Shown here: in pieces, positions 51,145 through 59,680 of the stretch
Layout: the number at the start of each line of letters is the position of its first letter
Numbering within the stretch: the stretch's first letter is position 1
IMG/VR virus record: IMGVR_UViG_3300021197_001433
Coordinates: 5,384 to 69,383 of that record
Origin: a virus
Length of the DNA: 64,000 bases
Direction: 5' to 3' (one strand)
Translations under genes and position numbers: made by a program
Notes under the pieces: generated by a model
Told to the model about the DNA's origin: nothing
What the model saw: only the letters and a program-made list of their open reading frames with translations
Database searches by the model: none

Positions 51145-51957
51145 ATGATCAAAAGGAAAAAATATCTCAACAACCGAGATTTGTTGAAAGAAATCCACCT
51201 AAGTAAAAATACATATAGTAGTTTTGTTAATGAAAATGATGATGTTTATGACATTATCTTACCCAACGTAGAAAAAATTAACATTCGCACTATTGCACAA
51301 GCAAAACGTAATCAAGCAGATAGATTACAAAAGAAAGCATATGAAGCAGCTCGTGCAGAAGGACAAAAAGTAAAGCAAGCAGACTTTGCTGTTGATTGGA
51401 AAAAAATTGACAAGAAGGATGTTGTTTTTCGCATTATGACGCATGACCATATTCCACTGCATCCAGGTCGCAAAAAGTCACCAAAGACTGTGGCAGACCA
51501 TCATGTACAGTGTAACTTCCCTCCTTTTCAACACTTTAGACTGGACGACAGTGATGTTGCAGTTTGTGTTGGTAAAAGTCACTGGGACGGCGGACTAGAA
51601 AACGGAAACTTCAGTAAAACACATGGCAAGACTACTAACAAACTTGCCCGTATGTATATGAAATTATGCGAACGTTATGGCACTAGAAGTAACTGGCGTG
51701 GATACACATACAATGATGAGATGCGTAGTCAAGCATTGTTGCAACTTGCACAGATTGGCTTACAGTTTGATGAAAGCAAAAGTGAGAATCCATTTGCATA
51801 CTACACTGCAGCAATTACAAACAGTTTTACAAGAGTGCTAAACTTGGAAAAGAAAAATCAGAGCATCCGTGATGATATTCTCGAAAGTGCTGGACTAAAT
51901 CCTAGTTACACAAGACAAACTGAAAACGAACTAGCAAAGAGTTCTGATCCTATCTAA
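51145..51957 (+). CDS. gp55: Late transcription sigma factor gp55-like
   Basis: YLNNRDLL, NWRGYTYNDEM, FDESKSENPFAYYT; upstream of gp47/gp46 as in T4. Confidence 0.85.
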   Translation: MIKRKKYLNNRDLLKEIHLSKNTYSSFVNENDDVYDIILPNVEKINIRTIAQAKRNQADRLQKKAYEAARAEGQKVKQADFAVDWKKIDKKDVVFRIMTHDHIPLHPGRKKSPKTVADHHVQCNFPPFQHFRLDDSDVAVCVGKSHWDGGLENGNFSKTHGKTTNKLARMYMKLCERYGTRSNWRGYTYNDEMRSQALLQLAQIGLQFDESKSENPFAYYTAAITNSFTRVLNLEKKNQSIRDDILESAGLNPSYTRQTENELAKSSDPI

Positions 51958-52760
51958 TGAAAAATAAAAAACTGTTATCAATTGGTTGTAGTTTTACAGC
52001 ACACAGTGGATTCGATCAGAACATACACAAGCATTGGTTGTCACAATTTTCCAAAAATAACAATTTTGAAACGACAAACCTAGGACTACCAGGTTGCTCA
52101 AATGCTGAAATTTTTTTCCGCACAGTAGAAGCGATTTCTAAATGTGCAGATTATGATTTTGTCACAGTACAATGGACAAGTTTACATCGCTTGTGGGTAT
52201 ACCATAACGATAAAAACATTGATGACTATACAATGGTTAACGGAACAGGTATAGGAGGTCTACATAGTGATAGTGATCATGTAAAAACGTATCAAAAAAT
52301 ACACCATGGTTATTTTGGCAACCAGTATGTAGCACTAAAGCAATGGCTTCTATACACCATTGCACTTGAAGTTTTTTTAAGATCTCGAGGCTTAAAGTTT
52401 GTTTTTATTCTTGGTGCTCAAAACTATCTTGATACTATACCAAAAATATCCTATAATAAAGACACTGGCTTTGAAAACACTGTTCTTAAAATAGTTGATG
52501 ACATCGCAACATATTTTGATGATATGTTTGATACAAAAAATAACGCTGATGACTTGATAATAGAAAAACTGTCAGATATACAAAATCTAATAAAACAAAG
52601 TCAGTGTCTTACATGGCTAAATTTTGACTCAAAACCATTTACTAAATTAGGACCAGATGACGATCGTGCAGATGACAACTCACATCCAGGACCTATAGCA
52701 AATAAAAACTTGTGCAAACAACTTACAGATTACTATGCAAAACTTGACAACAATAGTTAA
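51957..52760 (+). CDS. SGNH/GDSL-hydrolase-like hypothetical protein
   Basis: IGCSFT, NLGLPGCSN, VQWT..R and C-terminal DNSHP; AT-rich. Confidence 0.55.
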   Translation: MKNKKLLSIGCSFTAHSGFDQNIHKHWLSQFSKNNNFETTNLGLPGCSNAEIFFRTVEAISKCADYDFVTVQWTSLHRLWVYHNDKNIDDYTMVNGTGIGGLHSDSDHVKTYQKIHHGYFGNQYVALKQWLLYTIALEVFLRSRGLKFVFILGAQNYLDTIPKISYNKDTGFENTVLKIVDDIATYFDDMFDTKNNADDLIIEKLSDIQNLIKQSQCLTWLNFDSKPFTKLGPDDDRADDNSHPGPIANKNLCKQLTDYYAKLDNNS

Positions 52761-52772
52761 AGGCACTATACT
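52744..52772 (+). promoter_or_regulatory. Sigma70-type promoter, probably leaderless, for gp47
   Basis: TTGACA (52744-52749), 17 nt, TATACT (52767-52772); ATG at 52779. Confidence 0.75.
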
Positions 52773-52778
52773 TAACAC

Positions 52779-53789
52779 ATGAGTTTGTTCAAACGGGCCG
52801 CCGTATTCACGGATATTCACTTTGGCAACAAGAGCAATAGCCAAACGTTTAACCGCGACTGTCTCGATTTTGTAACTTGGTTTTGTAAAGAAGCCAAGTC
52901 ACAGGGTGCAGACACTTGTATCTTTATGGGAGACTGGCATCATCAACGTGCGAGTATCAACGTTGCTACACTGAACTACAGTATAGAAGCACTGGAGTTA
53001 TTAAACACAACATTTGATACTATACATTTTATACCAGGCAACCATGATGAATACTACAGAGACAAACGTGACTATAACAGCATCGCGTTTATTAAGAAAT
53101 TTGAGAACATACAATTTTACAATGATATTACCACAGTTGATGGTGTAGCATTTATACCCTGGCTAGTTGGTGATGAACACAAGCAGATGCAGAAAATAAC
53201 TGCTGACTATGTAATTGGTCACTTTGAACTGCCTCATTTTTATATGAACGCTATGGTACAGATGCCCGATCACGGTGAACTAAGTGCAAATGACTTTGGT
53301 CGTTGCGGTACTGTGTTTACAGGACATTTTCATAAAAGGCAAGAACGTGAGAATGTTGTGTACACAGGCAACGCATTTCCTCACAACTACAGCGACGCTG
53401 GTGATGATGATCGCGGTCTAATGATACTGGACTGGGATGGAACAAGACAGTTTATTGCCTGGCCCGATCAACCCAAGTATCGTGTACTAAAAATTAGTGA
53501 TCTACTGGAAGGCCCAGAAAAGTATTTGAGTCCCAAGACTTATGCTCGTGTACACTTGGATGTGGACATCAGTTATGAAGAAGCAAACTTTATTAAAGAA
53601 ACCTTTATGCAAGAATATGGATTGCGTGAAATGAGTTTGATCCCTCTTAAAGTTGAGGACATGGACATGCAAATCTCAGGTGAGATTAACTTTGAAAGCG
53701 TGGACACTATTGTTACTAGTCAATTGCAACAGATTGATAGCGAACAATATGATACTAATCTAATGTTAGACATTTATAGGAACTTGTAG
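52779..53789 (+). CDS. gp47: Recombination nuclease gp47 (Mre11/SbcD-like)
   Basis: DIHFG, GDWHH, GNHD, GHFE and GHFH metallophosphoesterase motifs. Confidence 0.92.
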   Translation: MSLFKRAAVFTDIHFGNKSNSQTFNRDCLDFVTWFCKEAKSQGADTCIFMGDWHHQRASINVATLNYSIEALELLNTTFDTIHFIPGNHDEYYRDKRDYNSIAFIKKFENIQFYNDITTVDGVAFIPWLVGDEHKQMQKITADYVIGHFELPHFYMNAMVQMPDHGELSANDFGRCGTVFTGHFHKRQERENVVYTGNAFPHNYSDAGDDDRGLMILDWDGTRQFIAWPDQPKYRVLKISDLLEGPEKYLSPKTYARVHLDVDISYEEANFIKETFMQEYGLREMSLIPLKVEDMDMQISGEINFESVDTIVTSQLQQIDSEQYDTNLMLDIYRNL

Positions 53790-53795
53790 TATAAT
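53767..53795 (+). promoter_or_regulatory. Sigma70-type promoter, probably leaderless, for gp46
   Basis: TAGACA (53767-53772), 17 nt, TATAAT (53790-53795); ATG at 53802. Confidence 0.65.
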
Positions 53796-53801
53796 AAACA
53801 C

Positions 53802-55565
53802 ATGTTTAAAATTGATACACTTACAGTAAAAAACTTTATGAGTGTGGGTAACACCACACAAGCAATTGACTTCAACCGCAATGACCTTACACTTGTGCTG
53901 GGTGAAAACTTGGACACAGGCGGCGGTGATGCTGGCAGTAGAAATGGTACTGGCAAGACCACTATCATCAATGCGCTAAGTTATGCACTATATGGCAATG
54001 CACTTACAAACATTCGCAAGGACAACTTGATCAACAAGACCAATGGCAAGAACATGCTGGTCACTGTGGAGTTTGAAAAAGATGGACTAAATTATCGTAT
54101 TGAACGTGGACGTAAGCCTAATGTGCTAAAGTTCTACATTAACAACAACGAACAAGAAACAGAGGATAACGCACAGGGCGATAGCAGAGAAACACAAAAG
54201 GCTATTGAAGAACTGTTGGGTATGAGTCACGACATGTTTAAACATGTGCTTGCACTAAACACATACAGTGAACCATTCTTAAGCATGAGACAAAACGATC
54301 AACGTGCTATTATTGAACAGTTGTTGGGTATTACTATTCTCAGTGAAAAAGCAGAGAAACTAAAAGAGATAGTGCGTGTAACTAAGAACAAGATTCAAGA
54401 AGAAGAATACCGTATCAAAGCAGTTGAAGATGCTAACGGCAAGATTGTAGAACAAGTTGATGCGCTAAAGCGCAGGCAGCGTATGTGGCAAGACAAAAAA
54501 GATCAGGACATTGCAAACTTTAAAACAGCAATCAATGATCTTAGTCATGTTGATATTGATGCTGAACTTAGAGCGCACACTGAACTTGCAGACTGGAACA
54601 CACTAAACAATGCACAGGTTCAACTACAAAAAGACATTGCTGCACTGCAGGCACAGGAAGGCAGAGCAGAGCGCGATGTTAAAAAAGCAAACAAGGCTCT
54701 AGTAGGTTGGCAAGACGGAGTGTGTCATAGTTGCAATCAAAGCATTACACACCTGGATAGTCATAAACAAGAGATTGAAAAAGCGGAGAAGGAACATGAC
54801 GAAGCAAATAATTTCCTTACAGAACTACAAACAGCAATTACAGATCTCAAAACTCAGCAAGAAACAGTCCCAAGCAAACCACGAACTTTCTATGATAGCG
54901 CCACTGATGCACACAACCATCGTTCAAGCCTATCCACACTGGAATCACAACTACAAAGTAAGCAAGATGAAAGTGACCCTTACACCGATCAGATAGCAGA
55001 AATGGAAACTACTGCAGTACAAGATATTACCTGGGATGCGATTAATGAACTTACTAGAGTACAAAATCATCAGGAGTTTTTATTAAAACTACTAACTAAT
55101 AAAGATAGTTTTATAAGAAAGCGTATTGTAGATCAAAATCTCGCTTACTTAAATACAAGATTAGAAGGATACTTGGGTGCAATTGGATTGCCACACAGTG
55201 TGGTGTTCCAAAATGATCTAAGTGTAGAAATACAAGAATTAGGACGAGATTTAGACTTTGATAATCTAAGCAGAGGCGAACGTAACAGACTTATACTCTC
55301 ACTAAGTTGGGCGTTCCGTGATGTTTGGGAAAGTTTATATCAACCTATAAACCTGTTGTTTATCGACGAACTAGTAGATAGCGGTATGGATTCAGCAGGT
55401 GTAGAAAATGCCATGGGCGTACTCAAGCGCATGAGCAGGGAAAGAAACAAGAGTGTTTGGTTGGTAAGCCACAAAGATGAACTAGTAGGTCGTGTAAACA
55501 ACGTACTCAAAGTTGTCAAAGAAAATGGGTTTACTAGTTATGACACTGATATTGAAATAGTATAG
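53802..55565 (+). CDS. gp46: Recombination ATPase gp46 (Rad50/SbcC-like)
   Basis: KNFMSVGN, NGTGKTT Walker A, coiled coil with CHSC hook, LSRGE signature, LLFIDE Walker B. Confidence 0.93.
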   Translation: MFKIDTLTVKNFMSVGNTTQAIDFNRNDLTLVLGENLDTGGGDAGSRNGTGKTTIINALSYALYGNALTNIRKDNLINKTNGKNMLVTVEFEKDGLNYRIERGRKPNVLKFYINNNEQETEDNAQGDSRETQKAIEELLGMSHDMFKHVLALNTYSEPFLSMRQNDQRAIIEQLLGITILSEKAEKLKEIVRVTKNKIQEEEYRIKAVEDANGKIVEQVDALKRRQRMWQDKKDQDIANFKTAINDLSHVDIDAELRAHTELADWNTLNNAQVQLQKDIAALQAQEGRAERDVKKANKALVGWQDGVCHSCNQSITHLDSHKQEIEKAEKEHDEANNFLTELQTAITDLKTQQETVPSKPRTFYDSATDAHNHRSSLSTLESQLQSKQDESDPYTDQIAEMETTAVQDITWDAINELTRVQNHQEFLLKLLTNKDSFIRKRIVDQNLAYLNTRLEGYLGAIGLPHSVVFQNDLSVEIQELGRDLDFDNLSRGERNRLILSLSWAFRDVWESLYQPINLLFIDELVDSGMDSAGVENAMGVLKRMSRERNKSVWLVSHKDELVGRVNNVLKVVKENGFTSYDTDIEIV

Positions 55566-55575
55566 GAGACATAGA

Positions 55576-55749
55576 ATGTCACACGAACAAATTGTAGAAG
55601 CATACGAAGCATATTTAAAAGAGAGCGAAGCATTTGAAACCAAAGGTGTAAAAGCCGCTGCTACTCGCGCCCGCAAGGCATTGGGCGATCTAGGTAAACT
55701 TAGCAAGTCACGACGCGCTGAGATTCAGGAAAAGAAGAACAATATGTAA
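55576..55749 (+). CDS. Histone H1-like (Hc1 family) small basic protein, 57 aa (not in ORF track)
   Basis: MSHEQIVEAYEAYLKESEAFETKGVKAAATRARKALGDLGKLSKSRRAEIQEKKNNM; KG.KAA.TRARKA motif; AGGAG RBS at 55564-55568. Confidence 0.8.
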   Translation: MSHEQIVEAYEAYLKESEAFETKGVKAAATRARKALGDLGKLSKSRRAEIQEKKNNM

Positions 55750-55770
55750 TTGTGCATATATACAGAGCAC

Positions 55771-56193
55771 ATGGAACCTTGGACTTATAATAATAAAATT
55801 GTAGAAGAACTACCCCAAGGTGCCGTGGGCTTTGTATATTTGATTACAAATACAACTAACAATAGAAAATACATTGGCAAAAAACTGGCACAATTTAAAA
55901 AAACTAAACCTCCCCTTAAAGGCAGAAAAAACAAAAGGCGCACTACTGTAGAATCAGACTGGCGCGATTATTATGGCTCATCAGACGAACTAACAGCAGA
56001 CATAGAACTTATAGGCAAAGAAAATTTTAAACGAGAAATTCTTTACTACTGTGAAAACAAATCACAACTAAGTTACATTGAAGCAAGAGAACAGTTCAAC
56101 CACAAAGTATTAGAATCAGACGAATATTACAACGGGCACATTAGAGTAAGAGTACACGGTAAAGGTATTCTCAATCGACAATTAAATGGCTAA
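55771..56193 (+). CDS. GIY-YIG endonuclease (Seg/EndoII-like, single domain)
   Basis: GFVYLITN..RKYIGKK, YYGSS, FKREIL, E..EQ, YYN; ATG at 55771. Confidence 0.85.
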   Translation: MEPWTYNNKIVEELPQGAVGFVYLITNTTNNRKYIGKKLAQFKKTKPPLKGRKNKRRTTVESDWRDYYGSSDELTADIELIGKENFKREILYYCENKSQLSYIEAREQFNHKVLESDEYYNGHIRVRVHGKGILNRQLNG

Positions 56194-56219
56194 CATAGTG
56201 TCATTATCAAATTAATTTA

Positions 56220-56571
56220 GCGTTTACGGTCTGCGCACTAAACCGTCATTGACACAAGTAAAACCAACTTTAGGCACAAAAGATAGCGGCTCTGAGAAAA
56301 AGCAACCGCAACTGGAAGCATATTGCTGTTATGATATGTGAAAGGTTCCGAGACTATTCAGTGAAGGCTGGAGTAGGGGGTTAGCGGGTTTCCGCCTCCG
56401 TACAGAAATGTAATCTTCTTATAACAGTGAGTGATGGACTAGTTAGATATTCATTCAATACTTCATCCGGAGACGGGTGAAGTATGAGCTCCGGTTCTGT
56501 TAGATAATCGCTACTTCGTAGTAAGAAAATAGTTCGAGCGTTAGCGAGAACTAGATGAACGTAGTTCATCT
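56220..56571 (+). ncRNA. Candidate large structured non-coding RNA or element downstream of the GIY-YIG gene
   Basis: At least 7 hairpins, two closed by GNRA loops (GAAA 56405-56408, GAGA 56470-56473); G-U pairs favour the + strand; possible pseudoknot; no credible ORF. Confidence 0.5.
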
Positions 56572-56802
56572 TTATAAGATGATTTGATTAGCCTCTTTGC
56601 TAAGTTTCATGTTATCTTCAATCACTTCGTTGAAGTATTTGTATTCGCTCAGAGGAAGTTCTAGAAGTTCCGCATAGGAAACACCACCGCGCATGTACCA
56701 ACATAATTGTGCTATAGTTTTTCTGATACGATTTACTTCTGTATCAAATCCTTCTAGTAGCCCCTCAATCTCAGGATTAGATAATGCTAAGAGGCGAATA
56801 CG
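56572..56802 (-). CDS. -1 frame extension (76 aa, gp51-like) of the gp26-like chaperone
   Basis: Open frame RIRLLALSNPEIEG...LCWYMRGGVSYAELL...IEDNMKLSKE begins at the slippery TTTTTTC (56808-56802); no start codon for its first 36 codons. Confidence 0.65.
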   Translation of the reverse strand, partial: RIRLLALSNPEIEGLLEGFDTEVNRIRKTIAQLCWYMRGGVSYAELLELPLSEYKYFNEVIEDNMKLSKEANQIIL

Positions 56803-57686
56803 AAAAAATTTGATTGGTCAAATGTAAATGGTGCAGTGTAACTGTGTCCACATTCATCGCAGGTATGATTTACATCTTTGCTAGGAATAGCCTTGTTAAT
56901 ATCATCTATCTTTGCTTTAATAACCTCAAACAACTGGCGTTCACTGTTTGTAACAAACTCCTGGATAAAATCTGTATCTATTACTGTATCACCTTCGGGT
57001 GTTACTATCCTTAGTATAGTACCACTTACGTTCCTTACAGTATAATTTGTCATAGTCTGAAATATTTTGTAGAATCTTTGCTGCTTATCTTCTTCGCTAA
57101 GTTCTGTATCATTTATCATAGTCACCATGCGTTGTTGTTCAAACTGTTCCAAATTTTGTGTGTTTACACTTTCATAATCGTTTGGTTTAAGAAAAATTTG
57201 CATGCCCTTGTATTCAAGTGGCTCCTGATATGCACTTAAATTTACAGGAAGGTCTAGGAAGTTTCGTAAATCCAGTTCATATTCATCCTGATTACTGCAT
57301 TGTGGACATGTACTAGTGTACTCCATCTTCTCACCATAACTTGCAATTCTGATAGCAATTAATATTGTATCTAAATCACATACTGGAATACACCAAGCGT
57401 TCTTAATGTTTGGCATACAACTGTGAATCATATCCACTACTGCTTGCCCATTCATAAGTGCATCCGGTGTGTTAATAGCAATTTCATCCTTGGTACTCAT
57501 AGGATATACGGGCAATTCGTTGTTTACAGTCATTTCTAGACTGTTCATAGCCCAATATTCGCCATTGCTGGGTAATTTAATATAGATTGCAGGTTGCCGC
57601 ATGTATTTTTGTAGCGGATTTGTGCGGTTTTGCATCTGTGCAAGTTGCTCAGGGTTCATCGAAAAGTTCTCAGGTACATCGACCAT
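56787..57686 (-). CDS. Baseplate hub assembly chaperone, gp26-like
   Basis: NPLQKYMRQP.IYIKLPS.G, PMSTKDE, DLDTILIAIRIASYGE, CPQC and CDEC; ATG at 57686 with GGAG RBS. Confidence 0.75.
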   Translation of the reverse strand: MVDVPENFSMNPEQLAQMQNRTNPLQKYMRQPAIYIKLPSNGEYWAMNSLEMTVNNELPVYPMSTKDEIAINTPDALMNGQAVVDMIHSCMPNIKNAWCIPVCDLDTILIAIRIASYGEKMEYTSTCPQCSNQDEYELDLRNFLDLPVNLSAYQEPLEYKGMQIFLKPNDYESVNTQNLEQFEQQRMVTMINDTELSEEDKQQRFYKIFQTMTNYTVRNVSGTILRIVTPEGDTVIDTDFIQEFVTNSERQLFEVIKAKIDDINKAIPSKDVNHTCDECGHSYTAPFTFDQSNFFVFAS

Positions 57687-57697
57687 GTTTTTCTCCA

Positions 57698-57735
57698 GGT
57701 AAATACTTAATAAATAGTATGCAAGTATATTTATA
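57698..57735. promoter_or_regulatory. Divergent late-promoter cluster
   Basis: GGTAAATA (57698) and AATAAATA (57709) on +, TATAAATA (57735-57728) on -, between divergent structural genes. Confidence 0.55.
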
Positions 57736-57746
57736 TACGCATATAA

Positions 57747-59642
57747 TTGGAGTTTAAAACTTTGCCAACAATTGATGTACCGGGCATCGGAGCCGTACAA
57801 GCAGACAATTTTGCTAGTGAACAAACACTGAATCGTCTTATTGATGCTGTAAACAATCAAACTACAGGTGCGGGAGGTATACAGAGTATCTTTGCAACTG
57901 TTGCAGGTGATAGTCGCAGAGCTGCAGCAGACCTAAAACGTTTAAGTAGTTCAACTACAACACAGAGTAAAGTAACAGATGAGACAAGTTCCAGTGTTCA
58001 GAACCTAGGACGTAGCAGTGCTGGTGTTAGTGCAGCATTTAGCAGTGTTGCAAATAGTTTAAACAATGTGAATATAGAAGCACCTGCTAGTTCACTTGGT
58101 CAAATGTTTGATAAAGCGGCTGGATTAGTAAAGGATGGTGGCGTAGCCTTAGGACTAGCAGTAACCGCTGGTGCTGGACCAGTTGCAGGAGCACTGACTG
58201 TAGCGGCTACTCAAATAGGCGGGGTGTTAGTATCAGCCCTTGGTGTTGCACTAGGTGATATTGATAAGATGGGTACTGAATACCGAAAAGCAGCGAACAA
58301 TGGTGCGCTGTTTGGACAAAGCATGCTTAACTTTAGAAACTTTGCACAAACTAGTGGACTTACTATGCAACAGTTTGGCAATGTGCTTGAAAAAAACAGA
58401 GAACAGGTTAGCGTGTTTGGTATGGCAACTACAGAAGGTGCAGCACAGTTCTCAAATGCAAATGCAAGAGTAATTAGAGACTATGGTGATGCTTTTCAAC
58501 GCATGGGTTTTACATTTGAAGAAATAGGCAGCAACACAGCAGAATACCTAGCAGCAATTGCAGAAGGTACACCGGGTGTATACAATAATGCAGTTACTTT
58601 AGATGAGGCTACCAAAGGTGCATTTGATCTTGCTGTGCAGCAAAAAGCACTAGCAGCAATAAACGGAACAACTATAGAACAAGAAAAAGAAAAAATGCGC
58701 ATGCAACGCAAGGATGCGCAAATGAACGCTGTGCTTTTAGGTATGAGCCAAAAAGAACGTGAAGCAGTACAAGCACTAAGCGCACAGTTTCCACAGGCAA
58801 CACAGTTTATTAAAGAGTTTGTTGCATTTGGTGGCCCAGTCACAAAAGCAGGTAACATGCAAGCAGCAATGTTACCAACACTCACAGGTGCAATTAGTGA
58901 TACTATAACTACAATACAAGGTGGTGGCGATGTTAAGCCTAGTCTAGAAGCACTGCAACAGATTGCTAAAAGCAGTGGTGCAATAATTTCTGAGACAGAG
59001 GGTCTGGCTGATTTGGTAAAACTACAAATTGCTGGCAGTACAAACTCTATTGTGCTAATGGCAGCAGATAACTTTCAAGCCCAGTTTGAATTAATGAATA
59101 AAGTTAATAGCGGTGTTGTTGATAATACACTAGCAGAACTGAAAACTAGAGCCGATGGATCAATTGGCGATTTTGTAAACGCAATAGATCCTGCAGCAGA
59201 AGCAGCAAACCAATTGACAAAAGCATTTCAGGAAGGCTTTGTTAGTCTTAGTGGTCTACTTGAAGCATTTTATAGAACTGAAACTGGTAGAAATGTATTA
59301 AACACTGTAGCAAATACTGTAACTGTGCCAGCACAGGCTGCACAAGCAGCGGCAGTAGACATGGCACCAAGCACTGCAGCAACAGGATCTATGGCTCCAC
59401 CGGTCGATGCTGCTAGTCGCGGAAGACTTGAACAAACTGATCAAGGACTATTAAGTGGCACAATTGAGAGAATTACTGGCGATAACACAGTATCCAATGC
59501 ACTTTCTGATATGTTAGCAAAACTAACAGGGATGGAAGAAGTGGCAAAGAGGCAACTAGTAGTTCAAGAGGATCTAGTTAAGAAAGCAGAAGATCAAGTG
59601 CGCATCAACAACCAAATGGTAGCGGCACTGAATAACAATTAA
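57747..59642 (+). CDS. Tape-measure-like / baseplate hub protein
   Basis: Ala/Gly/Gln-rich helical composition, ASEQTL N-terminal motif, adjacent to the chaperone gene. Confidence 0.6.
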   Translation: MEFKTLPTIDVPGIGAVQADNFASEQTLNRLIDAVNNQTTGAGGIQSIFATVAGDSRRAAADLKRLSSSTTTQSKVTDETSSSVQNLGRSSAGVSAAFSSVANSLNNVNIEAPASSLGQMFDKAAGLVKDGGVALGLAVTAGAGPVAGALTVAATQIGGVLVSALGVALGDIDKMGTEYRKAANNGALFGQSMLNFRNFAQTSGLTMQQFGNVLEKNREQVSVFGMATTEGAAQFSNANARVIRDYGDAFQRMGFTFEEIGSNTAEYLAAIAEGTPGVYNNAVTLDEATKGAFDLAVQQKALAAINGTTIEQEKEKMRMQRKDAQMNAVLLGMSQKEREAVQALSAQFPQATQFIKEFVAFGGPVTKAGNMQAAMLPTLTGAISDTITTIQGGGDVKPSLEALQQIAKSSGAIISETEGLADLVKLQIAGSTNSIVLMAADNFQAQFELMNKVNSGVVDNTLAELKTRADGSIGDFVNAIDPAAEAANQLTKAFQEGFVSLSGLLEAFYRTETGRNVLNTVANTVTVPAQAAQAAAVDMAPSTAATGSMAPPVDAASRGRLEQTDQGLLSGTIERITGDNTVSNALSDMLAKLTGMEEVAKRQLVVQEDLVKKAEDQVRINNQMVAALNNN

Positions 59643-59680
59643 AAATTAGGTAAATACGCAATAAGGTAGTATAATAAGAC

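Noticed and set aside
55482-55706. 74-aa minus-strand ORF
   Set aside because: It is the antisense shadow of the gp46 end and the Hc1-like gene, which has a strong RBS on +
56381-56569. 62-aa minus-strand ORF in the ORF track
   Set aside because: No RBS or recognisable motif, and it runs across the hairpin array; likely spurious
56194-56571. Group I intron, tmRNA, RNase P or tRNA as the identity of the structured region
   Set aside because: GAGACTA (~56350) resembles a group I P7 strand, but I found no matching AAGAUAUAGUC-like partner and no interrupted gene. No tRNA-like ends or RNase P GAGGAAAGUCC motif were seen. A covariance search is needed to exclude these fully.
57687-57860. N-terminal extension of the gp26-like ORF to 57860
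   Set aside because: It overlaps the divergent gene and the promoter region; ATG 57686 has a GGAG RBS
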